Positions 41,293-48,810 of a stretch of DNA of 48,810 nt are shown one piece after another. The first letter of the stretch is position 1; each line of letters starts with the position of its first letter. The notes beneath the pieces are model-generated. The model ran no database searches. It saw only the letters and a program-made list of their open reading frames with translations, and was not told where the DNA came from. The position numbers and the translations under genes were made by a program. Origin of the DNA: Chromera velia (lineage: Eukaryota); NCBI GenBank assembly GCA_018398765.1, contig JAHBMJ010000397.1, positions 1 to 48,810 of the forward strand, read 5' to 3'.

Positions 41293-44200
41293 CAGTACAC
41301 TAAATTGCGCTGCTAATTCAGTCACTTTTGTCAGTTTGAGAAAAGTAAAAATGTAGAAGCAGAGCCCAAATGTCGAATGTTCGGCGTAAGCAAAGCTGTG
41401 ACTGCTTGTCAGACAGAGTCAGTGTGCCCCTTGTACAGTGTGTAACTCGGTGCGAATTTGATTTGATGATGAGGTGACTGAACCCGCCAGCCATCGTGTC
41501 CCAATGGCAAAGGGCAGTCTGTGAGCATTCATATCATAGTACAAAGCTAGGAGCACGCCGCTAGCGATTGCTCACCTAAAGCGGCCGAACTGTGCATGTG
41601 CATGTCAAGCTGTGTGTCTCTATATTCATCAAGAGCATATGTCAATTTGTTGTAAAGCTTCTAGACTATTCTACACATTAAATAGTTTATAAAATAAAAC
41701 ATTGCATGCCCAACTTTAAAATATGGTACAGAAACTTTTACCCCCAAATTACTATAAAATCCTAATTTAATGTCAAATATTAATTAGCTAGTATATGATC
41801 ATAAATTTCAGTTGAAATTTTGAAATCTCAAAGTAGGCGTTGGCTAAAAAAAAAAAAAGAAAAAAACTATAAGCGGTCAGAGGAGATCTTTTTTTTTTTT
41901 TTCTTTTTTACTTTTTTACCCTCAATAACACCTAACAACAGTTGTATAACACATGAACAACATCTGTGGAACATTTGAAAAACGTACAGTTGTTTGACTG
42001 AAAAAGAAAAAAAGAAAAAAAAAATAAAGGGTTTGGGGAGATCTTTTTTTTTTTTTAACTCGATGTTAAAGCGAGTAATGATTATAAATTTCAATAATGA
42101 TTATCACTAGGATTATCAACTTTTGATAATCATTAGTCATTTTTTCATTAATGACAATAATCATTATTCATTTCATAATTTTTATACAGAGATTGTTAAT
42201 TTTTACAATTATCATTTTTTTTTTCAAACAAATGATAGACTAAGGTTTCAAACAAGTCAAAAAAGTTAAGTTGAAAAAATAACTTTGATCATGGCATAAA
42301 AGGCTTATTTAAAAGCTATTTTGCATATTTTTAATGTTAAAGTCAATAATGATTACCGGAAATTAATAGTCACCATCGGAAAATAATGGTTTTTGATTAC
42401 ATAAGAATAATGAAAAACGAGTGAACCCACTGCATGATGCGACGCCTAGATCTCAGATAGTCTCAGGCTCTTAAGCAAAATATTTTTCTAGGACACTGTT
42501 TACCTTAGCGGAAAGGCATATTCTAGGGCATATTGTACGGAACTAATCAACTTTGAATCAACGAATGAATTAATCAATCAATTAATATTCGATCATCATT
42601 GAACTTATGACCGGTTATCAAAAATTGAGGGCCAAGAAATATAGGCCAATAACCTCTAACGGTGACTCAGAGTCTAACCGAACTGTACACAGAACATCAT
42701 AACCTGTGTTGTCCCGGCCCTCTAGTTTTCCCTGCACTGCATGATTGCCATTGCATTCAATTTGGGGAGACCATGGTACCGTTTTGACTCAGAACCGTTC
42801 TGCATGTTGCCAGTGTCCTCAGCGATGTTTCATCACCATCATTGAGACATTGACAGTATTTTTGTCCTGATGAATTATCCAGCCTGGGGGACCAGCCAAT
42901 CGAACGACTCGGATTCAGTCAGCCAACGTTCTGAAACTGCTGCGCTTGTGGAGATGTATTTATGATAGGAACGCTGTCTGAGCCCCCTCCATCGAATCTT
43001 TCTGCAATCTTCTCAGACCCCCTGTCGATGTCACCTTCCCCTAGTCTACCTGGTGTGCTGAAATTACTGGACTCACTGCTGTCTTCCCACGATTGCTGCC
43101 TCTTTCAGGTACATCTGGATCAAAAATTTCTCTACTAAACTCCCGCTCTGACGCCACGTCGGAAATCTCCAGACCAGATCCCGCACCCCTCCCTAGTACC
43201 CCACTACTTCCGCTTCCCTCACTGCCCTCTGATCCCTCAAACCCCCCGAACGCTCCAATTAGAATTTTCTCTTCGCCAGCCGAACTTCTTTAGGTCTCTC
43301 TGCATGACATTCTCTCCGGCGTGATATCCTCCCTCCTCGTCTCTAGCTCTGTCTCTTCAATCAAATCAACCAGACGACGCACCTCCTCGAGCCGACGATC
43401 CCCCCCATTCATCTCATCAGAATGCCCCCCCATGAGCGCATGCAGACACGCACGCTTGCTTGCACACGCAGGCGCACACCCACGCACACACATGCTGACG
43501 GATCGCCGCACCGGTTTCTGCTTCCTTCCTGGGTGTGCTGAAGTATCCGGGGTCTTCTTGAAGGGAGACGGGAACTAACCGCGCTCCATCTGGGAGAAAA
43601 CTGCTGACAATTTTCGCCACAAAGACCCTGCAGGCATCAAAAGGAAAGGGAGTAAAGAAGAGTGAATAAAAAGAGAAGAAAAGAAAAGAAAGAAGGCCGC
43701 CACCAAAGAAGCTATCTGACTGCAGATCTAAAAAGCAGCTTGAGCACTGCCCAGACATAAAGAACAGAAAATCCAGGAGACACCATAGATTCCCCCCACC
43801 GCCCCACGCACCCTTTTCATGCACTCCCAAACTGACTGAGGCCAAAATTGAGCCCGCCCATCGATGCATTGTCTGTCCCCCCAGGAGGAAAGAGACAGAC
43901 AGACAGATATGCGGTAGATGTTCGCGACCACGTCACTCGACTTGTGGGGTATTCGCATCTGCACGCAGATCGACAAGGTATTCGTTCAATATACGAAACA
44001 GCAGAGAAGGGCCAAAAGACCAATTGAAGTATCCCACCCAGAATGATACTCTCCTCTGCTGCTCCCTTTCCTTGGTTGGACAGCTTTTCTCTCGGAGATC
44101 CCAGAGTGCTGCAAGAAACCATCATTAACATGCCTTCTGGCACAGCTTCGGTTTCTCCAGCAGACAGATTCATGCATGTGTGAACGTTTCGCCTTTTGGG

Positions 44201-44432
44201 TCCTCTTGCCCATCCAGCCAACCCAAACAAAGGAGGGCTGCCGCGAGAGAAAAAGGAAAACCAAAGAAAGCCAACAAGGAAGAGGCTTCACCAAACAGAA
44301 AAGAAGAAGCTAAATTTGCATACTGACCGTGAGAAGGCTTCACTTGTCAAAGTTGTAGTCTCTCATCTGGACTCCCCCTTTCTTCATGTGTCTGCACGCA
44401 GGGAAAGGAAATTCAAGGGAACTCTCACAGGT

Positions 44433-44601
44433 GAATGGCGCGACAAAGAAAAAAGAAGCGCACGATCGCGAGCAGCTGCAGACCGCCTGCATGAATGACT
44501 AACCGACGAACCGACCAACCGCCTGGCTGCATGTCCGACACTGACAGCCTTTTGTGTTCGGAAGCGAGCACCCCGTCAAACTGGCTGGAGTTGCCCTGAG
44601 A
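44433..44601. repeat. ~165-bp diverged direct repeat, copy 1
   Basis: tgaatggcgc...tcaaactggctggagttgccctg matches 45710-45873 with substitutions and small indels. Confidence 0.9.
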
Positions 44602-44659
44602 CTATACCATATCCATGAGGAGAGGCAAATCGACATGCATGCAGGGAAATAGATAGACA

Positions 44660-44661
44660 GG

Positions 44662-44707
<46 letters not shown>

Positions 44708-44716
44708 TGAAGAGAG

Positions 44717-44768
<52 letters not shown>

Positions 44769-44780
44769 CAGAGAGACAGA
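44660..44780. repeat. (GA)n microsatellite
   Basis: Directly visible. Confidence 0.95.
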
Positions 44781-45709
44781 CAAAACGACAGAGACGGATC
44801 GATAGACAGACCACATCTTCTTTTCTTCACTTGTTCCTGGCTTCTCACTGGTTCACCAATCTCATGGACAGACCGACATCGGTCTAATGATAGTGATAGA
44901 AACACAGGGACAGCGAGAGAGACTGAGAGAGGGACCAGAGAGCGAAAGAAAATCAGCCGCGGGGCGGGACGGACAAGGTGAAAGACAAGAAGAGAGAGAT
45001 GCACGTCCAGAGAAAGAGAAAGAAACACGAGCGAGAGAGGACAGCGGACTAAACGGAAAATGCGGAAGAGAGCTGCCTCTCTGACAACAGACCTTCATTG
45101 GCAATGAACATGCCGAAACGCCAAAGAGCGAAGTCACAGAGGAAGAAGACAGAGAGGCACCGTGATGGACAGAGGGCTCCCCCTTCTTTTTCGTCTCTTC
45201 CGGTATCCTTCCTGCAGAGAGGGGGGAGGAAGAGGAAGAGACCCCACACTCCCCCTGCTTTGGGGCACCCGCCAAGCCCTCGTTTGCATGCGCCTCTCTC
45301 ATCTATACTGAGCAAGCGACTTGATCGAGAGAGAGAGAGAGAGAGCAAACGAGAGGGCCTGGCTTACACACAGAGCAGGTCACGAAAAGGGTCGAACGAC
45401 ACTGGGGCGGGGAGTACACGGAGCCTCAACCCGGCACACCAGCGCGGTCCCTCGGTTCTGGCTTGGTCTTTCGTCGGACGGGAATTTCCCTTCCGTGGAG
45501 CGACTTGTGTTTGCACCAGATAGGCAGAGTTCCTTAACCATCAGAGGCCTCTCACGAGGCGGCCCTTCGCATGCTGCATGCCACTCAGTCGGTGGAAGGT
45601 TCCATCGAAAGAGTGTACAGCCGCCCTTGCTAGTGCCCTTGAGGCAGTGAGGCTGGAAAATTGCGCCGAAGAGGCGAGCACAAGGAAAACAAAACTCAGC
45701 GTCAGGGCT

Positions 45710-45873
45710 GAATGGCGCCACAAAGAAACACTAAGCGCATGATCACGAGCAGCTGCGGACTGCCTGCCTGAATGACTAACCGACCAACCGCCTGGTTGCA
45801 TGTCTGCCGACACTAACAGCCTTTCGTTTTCGGAGTCGAGCGCCCCTTCAAACTGGCTGGAGTTGCCCTGCGA
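45710..45873. repeat. ~165-bp diverged direct repeat, copy 2
   Basis: Matches 44433-44601. Confidence 0.9.
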
Positions 45874-46588
45874 TCTCGCTGTTCCTCGAGGAGTCGGGAT
45901 TCAGAGCGCCGACCTGAAGCACAGCCGCGCTTGAAGCAATGACGCAGGAAAACGCATAATGTCGAGCAGCCGCTGAATATATAAGTTCATGGATCCGCGT
46001 ACGTGTTGTTCCACTTTCTTGGAAAGCAGACTGAGTTCCCGTGCTGCTTAGGATCCATTGACATCCAGTTTTGGATGTGGGTTCGATTGACATCTCGTGG
46101 ATACAGACAGAGATTGCATGAGCAATGGAACGGGAAGGCGTTGACTAAGACTATCTATTCATAATTAAGACTCATGGAAAGGCGTCCAGCTCAAGGTGCA
46201 TTAATTCATGCAGGGGTCGTTCGCACGGCGGCTTGCGTGCGTCAGAAGCATTGGCCCCGAAAAGCGAAGCTGAGAGCTAGGGCAATGCTAGGGCACTTAA
46301 CAAAAAACTTTGTGGATTTCAGTGCATGCATGGCTTCACAAATTTTACAGATCTTCACATATTCTTCACATGCAGCGTGGATCGACAATGCAGTCTTACT
46401 AGCTGTGGAGCCGTCTTCCTTTCGGCAAAGGTCATCAGAGATCTTGGGAGGTCTACATAGATCTTTCAAATCATGTCATTGAAAGCTGAAGAGTGCGTCT
46501 TGGTCTGTCCGAGTCTGATTTAGTCAGACTGATAACTGTGATTCAATAGCCAATCCAATCAAACCCCGCCTGCCAGCTGTGCGACAGA

Positions 46589-48562
46589 ATGGAAGACTTT
46601 CTCAGATTAGAGGCATCCAACCTGCCTTCTACAAAGCACCTGATGATCCCTAGAGACCCCTCCCAATTTATTTACGACGCAAAAGGAGTACTGGCTTCGG
46701 TGAGGGAGACAGCGCGACCGCTCTTTGGATATTCGACTTTGATCGGTCAGGCTATGCTGGTCTGGTCGCGGAAAACAACACGTGTGCCTACTGGTCCCAT
46801 GCGTTGCTGCGTAGCACCTTTTACAACGTATCAATATGTCTGAGTGCCTCGCACAAGTTCGTATACAAATTTTGCCCGCCAATTGCTCTCAGACTGTCTA
46901 TCTGTCTGTCTCTCTCTGTCTCTCTGTGTTTCTTCACCGTTTTTCCCGTGCCTTTTCTGCATGGTGACCTGCCGTACTATGCCGTACCGGCACAATCGGA
47001 ACTTGAACAAACTGTGCGTGCAGCTCTCTTGTTCAAGAAACAAACAGATGACTCCGGACGCATTTGCCTGTGGACGGGAGGGAACAACTCTGGAAATCCG
47101 GAAGAAAGCATTGTTGCTCTTGCAAAGAGAGTGGTGGAGGGGTTACAGCCAAACCGGGGTTTTGCTTTCCTGTGCTCAGAAGATAAAGAGGGTATGCAAA
47201 ATTTAATGTCGACATTGATGTTCTCGCTTGATAGAGATCGGGCCCCTCAGCGTCAGTCGGAGTCCCGCCAAGTGCAAAATTTCCCCTCCGCAAAGATCCC
47301 CAGTACGGCTTCTTGGAGAAACATCGAGAGGACGTTCGACGGAATCCTCTCCGAGCTGACAACACGCTCTCCTTCACCACCATTGTCTCCACAGCCCAAA
47401 GTTGTTTCCAAAGATGGGCCTGCGACGCCTGGGTCGAAGAGGGGGGCAAGGAGGGAGCGGAGATCTGGACACAGGAGCGTATCCCACAAAAGCTCGAATG
47501 ATGCGAACTCCGTATGAGGTGAGACGGCCGGACCTCTCGTTACATCTTTTCATGTCTTTTCCTTCTTCCTCTGTGGGCTCTTCCGTGGGAAGGAAGGATG
47601 GTACGGAGATGGGAAGGAAGGATGGTAGAGAGAAGGAAAGGGAGGATGGTACAGAGACGGGAAGGAAGGATGGTACGGAGACGGGAAGGAAGGTTGGTAT
47701 GGAGACGGGAAGGAAGGATGGTAGAGAAAAGGAAAGGGAGGATGGTACAGAGATGCGAAGGAAAGATGGTACAGAGATGGGAAGGAAAGATAGTAGAGAG
47801 AAGGAAAGGGAGGATGGTACAGAGACGAGAAGGGAGGATGGTACACAGAAGGAAAGGGAGGATGGTACAGAGATGGGAAGGGAGGATGGAACGGAGACGG
47901 GAAGGAAGGATGGTACGGAGACGGGAAGGGAGGATGATGGAGGATGGTCCCAGCGCAAACCGTCGAGAAGGGGGAGCGGGAATGGGAGCTGGGTCAGGGG
48001 TTGCGGAGATGAAGGCAGCGAAGACGCAGGATCGGGCAGAGAAGTCGGACGAGGGGACTAGACGAGGGGATTCACACGAGGGTCGGTTTGCTTCCTCGGG
48101 GACATTTTTTTGGGGGGTACGAATGTACATGCACAGTCATCTCCTCAATAAAGAAGTCAATTAAATATTCTACGGAGAAAGCAAAGTGTCTGGTTGTGTT
48201 TCTTTCACGTTTGATTTCATATGCAGCGACGCTTGAAGGAAGAGTGTAAGTGCATGGTCTCTGGAAGTGGGATCATAATGGATCATTAGATGGAAACGCA
48301 GACGAAAAATTTGCACACTTAGACTGATGGTCTAGCTGATGGTTGGATGGATGGATGGATGGATGAATGGATAGATAGAGGAAGGAAAGGAGGGAGGGAG
48401 GGAGGGATGACGTATCAGTACAAATCTGCGTGCACGCTTTGACACGCTTTGATACGCTTTGCATGTGGGTCTGCAGGAAACCTATACTATGCTGAACTTC
48501 AAGAAAGGAGACCTGGAGCAGCTGCCTCCTGAAGCTCAGCGTCTCTTCAATGAGGGAGCACG
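46589..48562 (+). CDS. Multi-exon hypothetical protein, probably continuing beyond the window
   Basis: Exon 46589-46745 joins in phase 1 to the exon starting at 47024 (..YSTLIALLFKKQTDDSGRICLWTGG..), which is open to 47517. A further exon-like block 48477-48562 (ETYTMLNFKKGDLEQLPPEAQRLFNEGAR) is bounded by CTGCAG and GTGAGA. Confidence 0.6.
47587..47946. repeat. Purine-rich minisatellite, 20-24-bp unit GGAAGG(A/G)AGGATGGTAC(A/G)GAGA(C/T)G
   Basis: About 15 degenerate units directly visible. Confidence 0.9.
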
Positions 48563-48810
48563 GTGAGAGACAATCCAATGGAGAGGCCTGGCCTGATTTC
48601 TTTTGTCTCTTCATACGTATGCTAGTGCGTATGGTCTCCACCTTCTACCTGCAAGAATTTTCAAACATGAATTTTGAAAAAACAGAAACTTGCGCTGCAT
48701 GCCAGGAGAGGATCTTCATGCAGAAAGAGGACCGCGTGAGGAGATAGAACGAAGAGGAGGGAGGGACTTTCAGGGAGGGGGGGGGGGCCCGGGGGGGGGG
48801 GGGGAAAGGA

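Larger units (their letters stand above)
42925..46093 (-). pseudogene. Probable degenerate multi-exon gene of unknown function
   Basis: ATG 46093 exon splices in phase to RRSESRLLEEQRDRRATPASLKGRSTPKTKG. Downstream exon-like blocks have splice signals and a (CT)n intron but carry in-frame stops (TAA at 43290-43292 inside otherwise open coding-like sequence; the block at ~44395-44328 has stops in all three frames). Confidence 0.35.

Noticed and set aside
41834..42448. Possible hAT-like element (TAGGCGTTG ... CGACGCCTA)
   Set aside because: Only a 9-bp imperfect inverted match, with no 8-bp target-site duplication.
48770..48810. G-rich end as telomere or G-quadruplex element
   Set aside because: No telomeric unit; similar poly-G runs flank the internal N gap, so it probably marks a sequencing break.

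Overview
Intron-rich eukaryotic DNA, not prokaryotic. GT-AG introns packed with (CA)n/(GA)n/(CAGT)n microsatellites, TGCATGCA-rich promoters and a 37-aa helical-repeat gene suggest a myzozoan alveolate, most likely a chromerid such as Chromera velia (inference). Hand-splicing supports about seven genes: a coiled-coil protein (-), a probable secreted Cys-rich protein (+), a choline-transporter-like (CTL/SLC44) protein (-), a RING-finger plus multi-TM protein with a 24-nt microexon (+), a heptatricopeptide-repeat (HPR)-like protein (-), a 16-exon SNF2 ATPase of the Rad5/Rad16/Lodestar group lacking a RING (+), and a hypothetical gene running off the right end (+). There is also a probably decaying gene (-). 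Genes are mostly head-to-head around GCATGC-rich promoters, and AT-rich islands lie between their 3' ends. The islands hold two copies of a ~390-bp TIR element (MITE) whose substitutions are all transitions, and a candidate non-autonomous Helitron. A degenerate ~1-kb repeat array lies at 28.2-29.2 kb. I found no clear novel multi-gene system. Most ORFs in the supplied track are microsatellite or antisense artefacts.
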